NCBI GenBank assembly: GCA_963845535.1
Contig: CAWJSK010000001.1
Location: 128,001-192,000 of the forward strand
Reading direction: 5' to 3'
DNA length: 64,000 nt
Source: an uncultured Spirochaetota bacterium
Lineage (GTDB): Bacteria > Spirochaetota > Spirochaetia > SZUA-6 > Fen-1364
In this document: positions 26,819 to 36,589 of the stretch, piece after piece
How the letters are laid out: each line of letters starts with the position of its first letter
Numbering within the stretch: position 1 is the first letter of the stretch
Made by a program: the position numbers and the translations under genes
Notes under the pieces: model-generated
Database searches by the model: none
Told to the model about the DNA's origin: nothing
What the model saw: only the letters and a program-made list of their open reading frames with translations

Positions 26819-27757
26819 ATGAAAGCAGTTCAGATTTCGCAGTACGGGGACGCCGGTGTCCTCACCGTGACGAATGACGCCCCGAAGCCCGCCGTCGGGG
26901 AGGGCAAGGTCCTTGTGGAGGTGCGGGCTGCCAGCATCAACCCGGTGGACACCATGGTCCGGCTGGGCTACATGGCGAAAATGGTCCCGCTTTCCTTTCC
27001 GGCCGTTCTCGGGACGGATATTGCGGGAGTGGTCGCGGAGGTGGGAGCCGGAGTCACGGATCTCAAGAAGGGAGACAAGGTTTTCGGGATGGCCAGCCTC
27101 CTGGCGGGGGCAAGCGGCGCGTTCGCCCAGTACGCCTCCGTGCCCGCGGGCATGTTGGCGCGCATTCCCGGGAACCTCGGCTTCACGGATGCGGCCGCGC
27201 TTCCGCTTACTGCCGTGAGCGCCCTGGAAGTCATCGATGAGAAGCTCACGGTGGGCAAAGGACACAAGATCCTGATCCACGGCGGCGCGGGCGGCATCGG
27301 GACAATCGCCGTTCAGCTTGCCAAGCATCGGGGAGCATACGTTGCTACGACGGTCCTGGGGGAGACAGCAAAGTACGCGAAGGACCTCGGCGCGGACAAG
27401 GTGATCGACTCGCAGAAGGAGGCCTTTGAAAAAGTCCTGAGCGGGTACGACTTTGTCTTTGACACTGTGGCGGGTGATACGTACAAGAAGTCTTTCGAGG
27501 TCCTCAAGCGGGGAGGCACCATCATTTCCATGCTGGAGCAGCCCAACGCCGAGCTGGCGGCGAAATTCGGCGTCACTGCCTTGTCACAGATGACACAGGT
27601 GACCACGGCGAGGTTGAACGCGGTTGCTGAGCTCGTGCGAAACGGAACCATCAAGGTGCACGTGGACCGCGTCTTCCCCGTCGACAAAGTGAAGGAAGCT
27701 TTCCTTGCGCGGGAAGGCGGAAAGATCCTCGGCAAAGTCGTCCTGAGCTTCGCGTAA
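26819..27757 (+). CDS. NADP-dependent oxidoreductase (MDR/quinone oxidoreductase-like)
   Basis: AASINPVD, LGTDIAGVV, IHGGAGGIG, GKVVL. No Zn ligands. Confidence 0.92.
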   Translation: MKAVQISQYGDAGVLTVTNDAPKPAVGEGKVLVEVRAASINPVDTMVRLGYMAKMVPLSFPAVLGTDIAGVVAEVGAGVTDLKKGDKVFGMASLLAGASGAFAQYASVPAGMLARIPGNLGFTDAAALPLTAVSALEVIDEKLTVGKGHKILIHGGAGGIGTIAVQLAKHRGAYVATTVLGETAKYAKDLGADKVIDSQKEAFEKVLSGYDFVFDTVAGDTYKKSFEVLKRGGTIISMLEQPNAELAAKFGVTALSQMTQVTTARLNAVAELVRNGTIKVHVDRVFPVDKVKEAFLAREGGKILGKVVLSFA

Positions 27758-27770
27758 CGCTGGCCCGGCC

Positions 27771-28394
27771 GTGACACAGGTGACAGACAATTTCGTGGCC
27801 CCCGCTTCGGAGCAGATGCTCCAGCGGGTGGTCGCGAAGCTCAAAGAGCGCAACATGGAAGCGGTCATCGTCGAAACGGGGGCTGATGCGCGAAGTCTTG
27901 TCGCGCAGCGCCTGCCCCCGGGGGCGGAGGTCCATTCCGGCAAATCAAGAACTCTCCAGGACGCCGGCATTTTCGATCTGATCTCGGACGAGAAAAAGTA
28001 CGACTTCCTGCGGCCGCGATACATGAAGATGGACAGGCAGACACAGGCCCGTGAGATCCGTAAGCTGATTGCCGGCCCGGACTACATGCTGGGAAGCGTA
28101 GCCGCCGTCACGGAGGACGGCGTGCTCGTTGCGGGCTCCGCCACAGCCAGCCAGCTTGGCCCGTATGCCTACACCTCGGGCAAAGTGATCCTGGTCGTGG
28201 GCAGCCAGAAGATCGTGCCTGACCTGGAAACCGCGCTGAGGCGCATCCGCGAGCACGTGCTTCCGTGGGAAGACCAGCAGGTGCGCTCCATGGTCCCGAC
28301 CGGGTCGTTTGTCGGGAAGATCCTCATCATCGAGCGGGAGTGGATCAGCGGCCGGATCGAAGTGATCATCGTGCGGCAACCAATCGGGATATAG
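27771..28394 (+). CDS. LUD-domain (lactate utilization-like) protein
   Basis: GKSRTL, DYMLGSVAAVTEDGVLV.GSATASQL, VILVVGSQKIVPDL..AL.RI. Confidence 0.8.
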   Translation: MTQVTDNFVAPASEQMLQRVVAKLKERNMEAVIVETGADARSLVAQRLPPGAEVHSGKSRTLQDAGIFDLISDEKKYDFLRPRYMKMDRQTQAREIRKLIAGPDYMLGSVAAVTEDGVLVAGSATASQLGPYAYTSGKVILVVGSQKIVPDLETALRRIREHVLPWEDQQVRSMVPTGSFVGKILIIEREWISGRIEVIIVRQPIGI

Positions 28395-28420
28395 GGATGC
28401 CGCAGGCCGGGGGTTCGCCC

Positions 28421-28449
28421 TTGACGAAGTACTTAACGGATGTTACCCT
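28421..28449 (+). promoter_or_regulatory. Promoter of the imuA-imuB-dnaE2 cassette with an SOS-box-like palindrome
   Basis: TTGACG-N17-TACCCT (extended TGn). TAAC-GGAT-GTTA at 28434-28445 overlaps the spacer and the -10. Confidence 0.6.
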
Positions 28450-28458
28450 ACAAAAACG

Positions 28459-29098
28459 ATGCCGTTGGATTCATCCGCGCCGCTTTCGCTGTCATCCCTT
28501 CCTGTTTTTCGAGCGGCAAACCTGAAGGCGGCAGCGGGCGGCGGGTCATGGAAATATGACAACCTCGTTGGAATCCTCGCGGAGATTTCGGAGGAAGGAC
28601 CCTCGGGCGCGGCCAGTTTCGCCGTGGAGATCATTGCGGAGGCTCAAGGCGTTCATGAACCTGTCGCCTGGGTGGCGGGGACCGAGTCCATCTTTTTCCC
28701 CCCTGACTTCCTGGAAAGGGGCATCGACCTTTCAGCCCTCACCATCGTCAGAGCTGGTGGGGGAAAACGAATCCCTGACCGCTGCGGAATGGCTCGTCAG
28801 ATCGGGAGCCATGGGCCTCGTGATCATAGACGCCGAAGGGCAGTGGAACCTCAGCGACTCATCGCTGGGCCGAATCCTCAAGGTCGCGGAAAGAAGCCTT
28901 TGCGCGGTGATCTTCCTGACGCGCAAGCGCCCCCGTGACCCATCCCTCGGCTCCCGAATCTCGCTTCGGGGATGCATCATGACATGCATCGGAGATCCTT
29001 TCACCGTGAACGTTCATACCATCAAGGACAAGCGCGCAAACCTAAGCTCCCGGCAGAGAAGGCACTACCATGGCCCTTCGGGGATGTATCAGCATTGA
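28459..29098 (+). CDS. imuA: ImuA/RecA-like protein (frameshifted at the G-run 28759-28763)
   Basis: Two overlapping ORFs (28459-28938 and 28556-29098) join on removing one G: ...FFPPDFLERGIDLSALTIVRAGG|ENESLTAAEWLVRSGAMGLVIID...SLGSRISLR. It lies upstream of imuB and dnaE2. Confidence 0.8.
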
Positions 29099-30557
29099 CC
29101 GGCTGGCCCTTCAGATTCTCCTGAGAGAGAACCCAGAGTGGCACGGGGCCCCCGTTGCAGTCACCAAAGAGGAGCGGCCGCAGAGCCTGCTCCTGGCAGT
29201 CAACAAAGAGGCCCGGGAAAAGGGGTTGGGTCCCGGCATGCGCTACGCCAACGCCCTTTCCCTGGTCCCGAGCCTGCGCGCAAGAGCGGTCCCGCAGGAG
29301 CGGATAGCGCGGGCGCGGGACCGCGTCACCAGGCTTCTTTCTTCCTTTACACCGGACGTGGAACCGTGCCCGTTTGATGCTGACGCGTTCTGGGTTTCGG
29401 TGGATGGTCTTCATTCCCTTTTCCCGTCCGAATCCGCATGGGCGGAAGCGGTGCGCGGCGCGCTTGCCGCGGAAGGCTTCGCGGCGTGCGCCGTGATCGG
29501 TTTCACCAGATTCGGCACGTACATCGTGGCTCGCAGCCGGCCGCGTTCGCTTGTGTTTGCTTCCCGTGCGGAAGAGCAGGCGCAGACCTACCGGTCATCC
29601 ATCGATATTCTCCCACTCTCACCGAAAGCCAGAAGCGCGCTGCACAAGCTCGAGGTTCACACGGTAAAGCGGTTCGTGGGACTGCCGGAAGCGGAAATTG
29701 TTCGGCGGTTCGGCACTGAAGCAGGGCGGGTGCGCCAGGCAATCCTCTCGGATGACCCGTTGCCAATTCAGTCCCGCGTGGCAGCGGAGGCCGCGCCCAA
29801 CGCGCGCCACTTGGACTCCCCCACCGGAAACCTCGACCTGCTGATGCTCCATGTGGATGAGATGCTGGCACTCGAGGTAAAGCGCGCGGAAGCGGAGCGT
29901 CAGGTGATCTCGGGGCTCAGCCTTGCCCTTCGTACTGAGGACGGGGAGGTCGCCACTCACCTCATTCGCCCTGCCGTGCCGACGCTCCAGGCGCCTCTGT
30001 TGCAGCGCCTCATTCTGCTTCGCCTGTCCGCCTGCCGCTTCGCTTCTGCCGTAGAGAATATCGAGATTCGCTCGGAACGAGCCCAGCCCTCGCGAATACA
30101 GGAGGAGCTTTTTGCGGTCAGAGGCCGAGACCTCAAGGCCGGCGCCCGGGTCTTTGCCGCCTTGCGGGCCCGTTTTGGAAATGACTCCGTGACTACGGCA
30201 TGCCTGATTGACTCTTATCTGCCGGAAAGGTCCTTTCGATTGGTTCCCCAGAAGCATCCCGCCCTGCCCACGCCCCGCAGGGGGGAAGGACTCCGCAACG
30301 GTAACGACGGCCACGCCTCACGAGGCCCCGTTGCTGTGCGAAGAATCCTTTTCAGCCCGAGGCGGATCTCGCTCGATTCTGGAAAAGCCACCGTGTTGTC
30401 CGAGGCATCCATCGTGTCCGGCTCCTGGTGGGGCACGGAAGGATCCGAGGCGCCTTACCTTCGGCATTACTCCTATCAGGATTCGCCCCACGGCATCCTT
30501 TGGGTTTTCGTTGACGCCTTCACCGGCCCTTCCTGGCTCCAGGGCGTCGTGGACTGA
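29070..30557 (+). CDS. imuB: ImuB (inactive Y-family polymerase-like)
   Basis: AVNKEAREKGLGPGMRYANAL.LVPSL, FTPDVEP, QEELF clamp-binding-like motif, ARFG, SGSWW, WLQGVVD. The catalytic Asp residues are not evident. Confidence 0.85.
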   Translation: MALRGCISIDRLALQILLRENPEWHGAPVAVTKEERPQSLLLAVNKEAREKGLGPGMRYANALSLVPSLRARAVPQERIARARDRVTRLLSSFTPDVEPCPFDADAFWVSVDGLHSLFPSESAWAEAVRGALAAEGFAACAVIGFTRFGTYIVARSRPRSLVFASRAEEQAQTYRSSIDILPLSPKARSALHKLEVHTVKRFVGLPEAEIVRRFGTEAGRVRQAILSDDPLPIQSRVAAEAAPNARHLDSPTGNLDLLMLHVDEMLALEVKRAEAERQVISGLSLALRTEDGEVATHLIRPAVPTLQAPLLQRLILLRLSACRFASAVENIEIRSERAQPSRIQEELFAVRGRDLKAGARVFAALRARFGNDSVTTACLIDSYLPERSFRLVPQKHPALPTPRRGEGLRNGNDGHASRGPVAVRRILFSPRRISLDSGKATVLSEASIVSGSWWGTEGSEAPYLRHYSYQDSPHGILWVFVDAFTGPSWLQGVVD

Positions 30558-30569
30558 GGCAGCACGACC

Positions 30570-33500
30570 GTGTACGTTCCCCTGTGGTGCAAAACCAACT
30601 TCTCATTTCTGGAAGGCGCCAGTCATCCGGAGGAGATGGTGGAGACCGCTGCCCGGCTCGGATTGCCGGCGCTGGCAATCACTGACCGTAACGGCGTCTA
30701 CGGCATGGTGCGGGCGTTCGACGAATCCCGCAAGCGCGGCGTCAAGCTCATCACGGGGAGCCAGGTTTCCGTCACGGACGGTTCCTCCCTGATACTCCTG
30801 GCGCAGGACAGGGCCGGATACGCCAATATGTGCCGCCTGATCTCCAAAGGGCACCTCAGGAATCCCAAGGGCACATGCGCCGTTTCGTGGAATGAAGCGG
30901 CGGAAAGCGCTCACGGGCTTATTGCGCTGTGGCCTGGTGACCAGGCCAGTGACTCTGGGCTCGGCACGCTCAAGGGCGCGTTCGGTGATCGGCTCTACGC
31001 CGTTGTGGCGCGCCACAGGTGGGTTGATGACGGGGCGCGGGAGAGCGCTACACGTGCTGCTGCCGCCCGATTCTCTCTCCCTCTTGTCGCGGCCGCCGAG
31101 GTTCTCTACCACGTTTCGAAACGGAGAAGGCTTCAGGACGTCCTGGTGTGCATCAGGAACGGGACCACCTTGCGGGAAGCAGGGACAAAGCTTTATCCGA
31201 ATGACGAGCATGCGCTCAAGCCCCCCTCATCGTTTGCCAGCCTTTACGGCAAATCCCCTGAGCTCATTGAGGCATCCCGGGAAGTGGCGGACAGGTGCCG
31301 CTTCTCCATGGCGGAGCTCGTCTACACGTACCCTGATGAAGCGGTCCCGCAGGGGTTCACAACGGCGGGCTGGCTCCGCCACATCACCTGCGAAGGCGCT
31401 CGGGAACGCTATCAGGGAGACATCCCGGAAAGCGCACGAGCGCTCCTTGAAAAGGAGCTCGCGCTCATCGAGGAGCTGGATTACTGCGGATACTTCCTGA
31501 CGATGTGGGAGCTGGTCAGGTTCTGTCGGGAAAAGGGAATCCTCTGCCAGGGCAGGGGATCCGCGGCAAACTCGGTGGTCTGCTACTGCCTCGGTGTCAC
31601 GTCGGTTGATCCCGTTCGGATGAACCTGCTCTTCGAGAGGTTCCTGTCCCGGGAAAGGGCGGAACCTCCGGACATCGACCTTGACATCGAGCACAACCGG
31701 CGGGAGGAAGTCATCCAGCACATGTATGAGAAGTACGGCAGGGACCGCGCGGCAATGGTGGCAAACGTGGTCCGCTACCGCACGCGCTCCGCGGTCAGAG
31801 AGGTGGGGAAGGTGTTCGGCATTCCCGAAACGGCGCTTGACCAGTGTGCCAAGCTTCTTTCCCACTGGGATGGCGACCTGGCAGCCGTGTTCAGGGAAGC
31901 CGGGGTGGACCTTCCGGAGAGCCTCCGGGAACACCTGGTGGAGCTCACGCATGAAATAGTCGGTTTTCCGCGTCACCTGTCCATCCATCCGGGCGGCTTT
32001 CTCCTTGGCACGGACCCCGTTGACACTATTGTCCCCATCGAGAATGCCACCATGGAGAACCGCACCGTCATCCAGTGGGACAAGACGGACATCGAGACGA
32101 TGAACCTTTTCAAGGTGGACCTTCTCGGCCTGGGAGCGTTGACTCATCTCGACTACGCCTTCCGTCTCCTCCAGAGCCATTACGGGAAGGACGTGACGCT
32201 TGCTACCATCCCGCCGAACGACGCAGAGCTTTTCGACATGGCATGTCGGGCGGATACCGTTGGCGTGTTCCAGATCGAAAGCCGCGCGCAGATGGCCATG
32301 CTGCCGCGCCTGAAACCCCGCAGCTACTACGACCTTGTGATCGAAGTCAGCCTCGTGCGGCCCGGACCAATAACGGGGGGGATGGTTCACCCTTACCTCA
32401 GGAGGCGCGCGGGAATCGAGGAGGTCACCTATCCCCACCCCAGCCTGGAGCCGGTCCTCAAGAAGACGCTGGGCATTCCGCTTTTCCAGGAACAGGTGAT
32501 GAAGCTGGCGGTCGTGGCGGCAGACTACACGCCGGGGAAGCTGACCAGCTCCGCCGTGACATGGCGGCATGGAAGCAGCGCGGGAGGATCGAGCATCATC
32601 ACGACCGCCTGGTGTCCCGCATGGTGGCCAAAGGCATTCAGCCGGAGTTTGCCGAAAGAGTTTTTGGCCAGATCCTCGGTTTCGGCGAGTATGGGTTCCC
32701 CGAGTCGCACGCCGCGAGCTTTGCTCTCATTGCCTACGCCACGGCGTACGTCAAATGCCATTACCCCGTCGTGTTCGCCTGCGCCCTGCTGAACGCGTGG
32801 CCGTTCGGCTTTTATTCACCGGCGACAGTCATCGATGATTCGAAGCGTCACGGCGTCAGGTTCCTGCCCGTGGACATTCTCCAGAGCCACTGGGACTGCA
32901 CCCTGGAGAAGCGTGAAGGGGCCTCCGATTATTCGGTACGCATTGGCTTGCGGTACGTCAAAGGGCTTGGGGAAGGGGACTGGGAGCTCATCCGGGCGTG
33001 GCGCGCACGTGCCTTAACCGGCAAGCTGACAGAGGGACGGGCGCTGGCCCTGTCGGACTTCACGTCTTTCTGCAGGCTCCCCAGTGATTCCATGGAACGG
33101 CTTGCGGAAGTGGGAGCCTTCGATTGTCTCGACACGGAGCGCCGGGATGCACTCTGGGGAGTGCTGGATCAGAGCGAGCGTCCAACGAACCAGCTCGTCG
33201 GGGGGTTCGAGGAATCTCCGGCTTTTCGGCCCTTGAGCGCCGCGGAGGAGATCACCTGGGACTATCTTGCCTCAGACCAGAGTCCGAGAGGCCACGTGAT
33301 GGAGCAATACCGTGAGCGCCTGGAACAGCAGGGGCTCCCTGACGCGGCCGCCATCTCCCGGATGGAGCACGGGCGGAAGGTCTCAATTGGCCGGGTGCGC
33401 AATCTGCCGGCAGATGCCGGGGACCGCTTCCGGCGTTCTCTTCATGACGCTGGAAGATGAGAGCGGCTTTGCGAACCTCGTGGTGTGGGAGAAGGTCTTC

Positions 33501-33665
33501 AAGCAGTACCGCACCGTGATCCTCACAAGCTGGCTGCTCGGCGTGACGGGACGGCTCCAGGTTGCCGAAGGCGTGGTTCACATCATTGCGGAGTCGTTCT
33601 GGAAGCCGGAGTTCTTCACCGCGGGGGAAGGAAGAATCACCACATCCCGTCACGACTTCCGGTAG
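30570..33665 (+). CDS. dnaE2: Error-prone DNA polymerase III alpha DnaE2 (two single-base frameshifts, ~32535 and ~33390)
   Basis: PHP-like start [53 protein letters not shown] fold [20 protein letters not shown]-terminal HDFR*. Split over ORFs 30570-32792, 32075-33460 and 33312-33665. Confidence 0.93.
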
Positions 33666-33716
33666 CCCTCGGCGCCTGGAAAGTCATGCTGCCTGACGCG
33701 CTTCGCGCGATGCGGC

Positions 33717-34829
33717 CTAGAGCGCTTTCTCGTAAACCCGGTACTTCCGGTACGCCCTTCCGCCGAGCTTCATCGCCGTGTTCGTCATTGCGGCGTTGTC
33801 TTCCTCCACCCAGGACATCTCCACCGCCGTGTACCCTTTGGGAACGCCGTTTTTGTAGCTGTAATAATAGAAGGCGAGATCAATGCCCCGGTTTCGATAA
33901 TCCTTGAGCACGCCCATGCTCAGCGTGCGCACGAGGTGGGTCCTCTTTTTCGCCGTGAGCAGGTAGTAGATGCCCAGGGGGAACAGATGGCCGCGCGCGG
34001 CTTTGTACCCGACGTTGAAGTCCGGCATGGTGAGAGAGACGCCGACGATTTTTTCCTCCACTTCCGCGAAGAACACCAGGTCGGGATCGATCCCCATCTT
34101 CAGGTCCTTTGCCATTGCCGCCATCTCCTTGGGCGTCATTGGCGTAAAGACCGCGTTGATCTGCTCGTAGGAGTTGTACAGCTCCTGGAACCGGTCATAC
34201 TCGCCCTTGAAATCCTTCATGTTGAGCGTCCGGACCTTGAACCCGCCCTTCGCTTCCACGCGGGGCATGATCTTCGCAAGCCGCTCAGGGATCTCGGGGT
34301 TGTCCATCAGCCACGCCACGAGGTCCTTCCATTTGCGGTTTCCGTACGATTGGATGAGCCGATCGTAGTAGGTGGGGTTGTACGACATCATGATGACGGG
34401 AGAGCCGTCGAACCCTTCGATTTGAGTGCCGATGAGGTCGTTCGCGTTGGGAGACATGGGCCCGATGATCCGCGCGCATCCCTTTGTGCGCCCGAAATCG
34501 AACGCGGCGTCGAAAAGCTGTCGGGCCACTTTTTCGTCATCAATGCATTCGAACCAACCCCAGTATGCCGCCTTCTCCTTGTGCGTCTCCTCCCAGATCC
34601 GGTCATGGATGCCGGCAATCCTTCCCACAACGGCGCCGTCACGTCGGGCCAGGAAGAATGCCCCCTCCGCGTGCTCCCAGAAAGGGTGCTTTTTCTGGTC
34701 GACCTTTCTGAAGTCGTCCATGAGAAGCTGCGGAACCCAGTTGGGGTCCTTGTGGTACAGCGTGTAGGGGAACTTCACGAACTCCTTCATCTGCTTCTTC
34801 GTAACGACCCGTTCGATGGTATCTGACAT
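33717..34829 (-). CDS. GNAT-fold N-acetyltransferase (YghO-like)
   Basis: FVKFPYTLY..DPNWVP, VGRIAGI, YNPTYY, MGVLKDYRNRGI, EMSWVEEDN, YRKYRVYEK. Confidence 0.82.
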   Translation of the reverse strand: MSDTIERVVTKKQMKEFVKFPYTLYHKDPNWVPQLLMDDFRKVDQKKHPFWEHAEGAFFLARRDGAVVGRIAGIHDRIWEETHKEKAAYWGWFECIDDEKVARQLFDAAFDFGRTKGCARIIGPMSPNANDLIGTQIEGFDGSPVIMMSYNPTYYDRLIQSYGNRKWKDLVAWLMDNPEIPERLAKIMPRVEAKGGFKVRTLNMKDFKGEYDRFQELYNSYEQINAVFTPMTPKEMAAMAKDLKMGIDPDLVFFAEVEEKIVGVSLTMPDFNVGYKAARGHLFPLGIYYLLTAKKRTHLVRTLSMGVLKDYRNRGIDLAFYYYSYKNGVPKGYTAVEMSWVEEDNAAMTNTAMKLGGRAYRKYRVYEKAL

Positions 34830-34886
34830 GGGACCCCTTTCAGCGAGTTGGGATGGCGAACAGGGTACGGCCGGGACGGCGCGCCG

Positions 34887-35750
34887 TCAAGACTTGGGTT
34901 TCAGGTTGGGTTTCAGGTTCTCATCGAAGAAGCCCCAGACGATCCCCTTGTCCGCGTACCCGGACATCTGGAGGTGATCCGCCTCGTTGATGACGTACAG
35001 CGAGTGCTGTCCCCCGGCATCCGCGAGCTTCTTGTCGAGCGCCGCCGCATCTTCCGATGGCGCGATGGCATCCAGCTTGCCGTAGAGCAGCAGCACCGGT
35101 GGATCATCCGACCTGACGTACGTCAAAGGGCTTGCTTTCGTGTAGACGTCCGGCACGTCCAACGCCGTGCCGCCGAGGCTCCAGGAAGCCTCGGAGTCAT
35201 CCATTTTTGTCCAGTCGATGAAGCCCGCGAGGCTGACAACTGCCTGGACATTCGTGTCCGGGCCGTCTCCGACAGGCTCGAAGCCGTCCTCCGGCTTTGT
35301 GAGCCCTGCCATCAAGGCGAGGTATCCGCCATAGGACCAGCCAATGACGCCGATCTCCTGCGCATCGATGTGATACTTCTCCGCGTTCAGCTTCAACCAT
35401 CTGATGGCGCGCTTCACGTCCATGAGCTGGGTTGGAAACGGGTAGCGAGCTTTCCCATGGTCTTCGATCTCGATGTCATGGTAATCGATGGTGACGCCGA
35501 CGTATCCCCGCTGCGCCGCGCTTTCAACCTGCGAGGCGAACGTCGCTTTCGCGTCGGAGGCTGGAGCCGCCAGGAAGAGGAGAGCGGGAAGAGGCCCTGT
35601 CACGTCCGCCGGGCGCGCAAGGTCCAGCCGCAGCACGTTTTCCTTGTCGGTGTAGTAGACGAGGTTTCTCTCCCACACCGTCTTTCCCTGAGCCTGGGAT
35701 TGCGCGACGGCGGCAGACAGCCCGCCCAGCAGCAGAACGAAAGACACCAT
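34887..35750 (-). CDS. Exported alpha/beta hydrolase (esterase-like)
   Basis: Signal-like N-terminus, GWSYGG nucleophile elbow, SPLTYV, GKLD, ADH. The usual HGGG oxyanion motif is absent (FLAAP). Confidence 0.82.
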   Translation of the reverse strand: MVSFVLLLGGLSAAVAQSQAQGKTVWERNLVYYTDKENVLRLDLARPADVTGPLPALLFLAAPASDAKATFASQVESAAQRGYVGVTIDYHDIEIEDHGKARYPFPTQLMDVKRAIRWLKLNAEKYHIDAQEIGVIGWSYGGYLALMAGLTKPEDGFEPVGDGPDTNVQAVVSLAGFIDWTKMDDSEASWSLGGTALDVPDVYTKASPLTYVRSDDPPVLLLYGKLDAIAPSEDAAALDKKLADAGGQHSLYVINEADHLQMSGYADKGIVWGFFDENLKPNLKPKS

Positions 35751-35803
35751 CTAGAACGTTTCATTTTCGACCCCCGTGGGAGCAATTATACCATGAGTTC
35801 CCG

Positions 35804-36527
35804 TCATTGTTTCTGTATGCGTCCGGCAAACATCTGTATGGTGCGCGCCAGGGCGCTTCGTTCCTCCTCCGTCCCGAGGCTCCTGTTTCCCGCCTGGTGA
35901 AGCTGCGTAAAGGCAAGGAGCGTCATTCTCCAGGCCTTCCAGGGCTTGCTTCATCAAAGGCACTGTTTCCTGCAACCATCGGCCAAGCCGATCTCCGCGC
36001 AGAATGTCGCAGGCGGTCGCAAGGACATGACAGAAGTGGCTCAGGCAGAAACCGCGGGAAGCGCGGTACACCTCCAGGAACGTCGGGTCCTTTCGCCAGA
36101 GGTACAGGACTGTCCAAGCGTACCGCGTGAGGTCCTGGCCAAGCAGGTCGCAAATGAAGCAGGAATCCCTGAGACTCTCCAGCGACCCGATCATCTGCTG
36201 GATCCGCCGCGCCCGTTCCCGCGCTCCTGCCCGCGCAGCCTCGATCGACCCGTCCAGGGCCGCGTGGAGATCAGCCGTTCTCTCCTGCAAATGAGTGAGC
36301 ATCACGAGCGCAAGGCCGAGCTTGTTTTCCCCCTGGTAGAGCTTCCCGAGGTGATCCGGACAGAATCCGACCGCGTTCGTTTTCACGCGGACATTCGGCT
36401 CCATGACGCGCGAGTGCTGAAAGGAGAGAAGGTACGTCCGTTCGGCGCCGTCAAGGAGCGTGCACATTGGACATGCTCCTCCCTGTGCGTAAGCGTCATG
36501 GACCTTACTGATCTCGAGCTTGGGCAT
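35804..36527 (-). CDS. DUF6062-like protein (frameshift ~35921)
   Basis: CPMC, GFCPDH, CFIC and GFCLSH repeated Cys/His motifs. Removing one base after LEND gives LLAFTQLHQAGNRSLGTEEERSALARTIQMFAGRIQKQ* with the stop at 35804. Confidence 0.7.
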
Positions 36528-36589
36528 TCCTCTCTCCTTGCTTCGCTGAACGTCGTCTTGTGATGCAGGGTCTATAATGGTACAAATTC

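Noticed and set aside
27591..27784. 13-bp repeat TGACACAGGTGAC at 27591 and 27772
   Set aside because: Both copies are coding (xTQVT), with no dyad or spacing logic, so probably chance.
32525..33395. Programmed ribosomal frameshifting or phase variation in dnaE2/imuA
   Set aside because: No slippery heptamer or stimulatory structure is evident, the runs are short, and the same indel type hits housekeeping genes (ald, panB).
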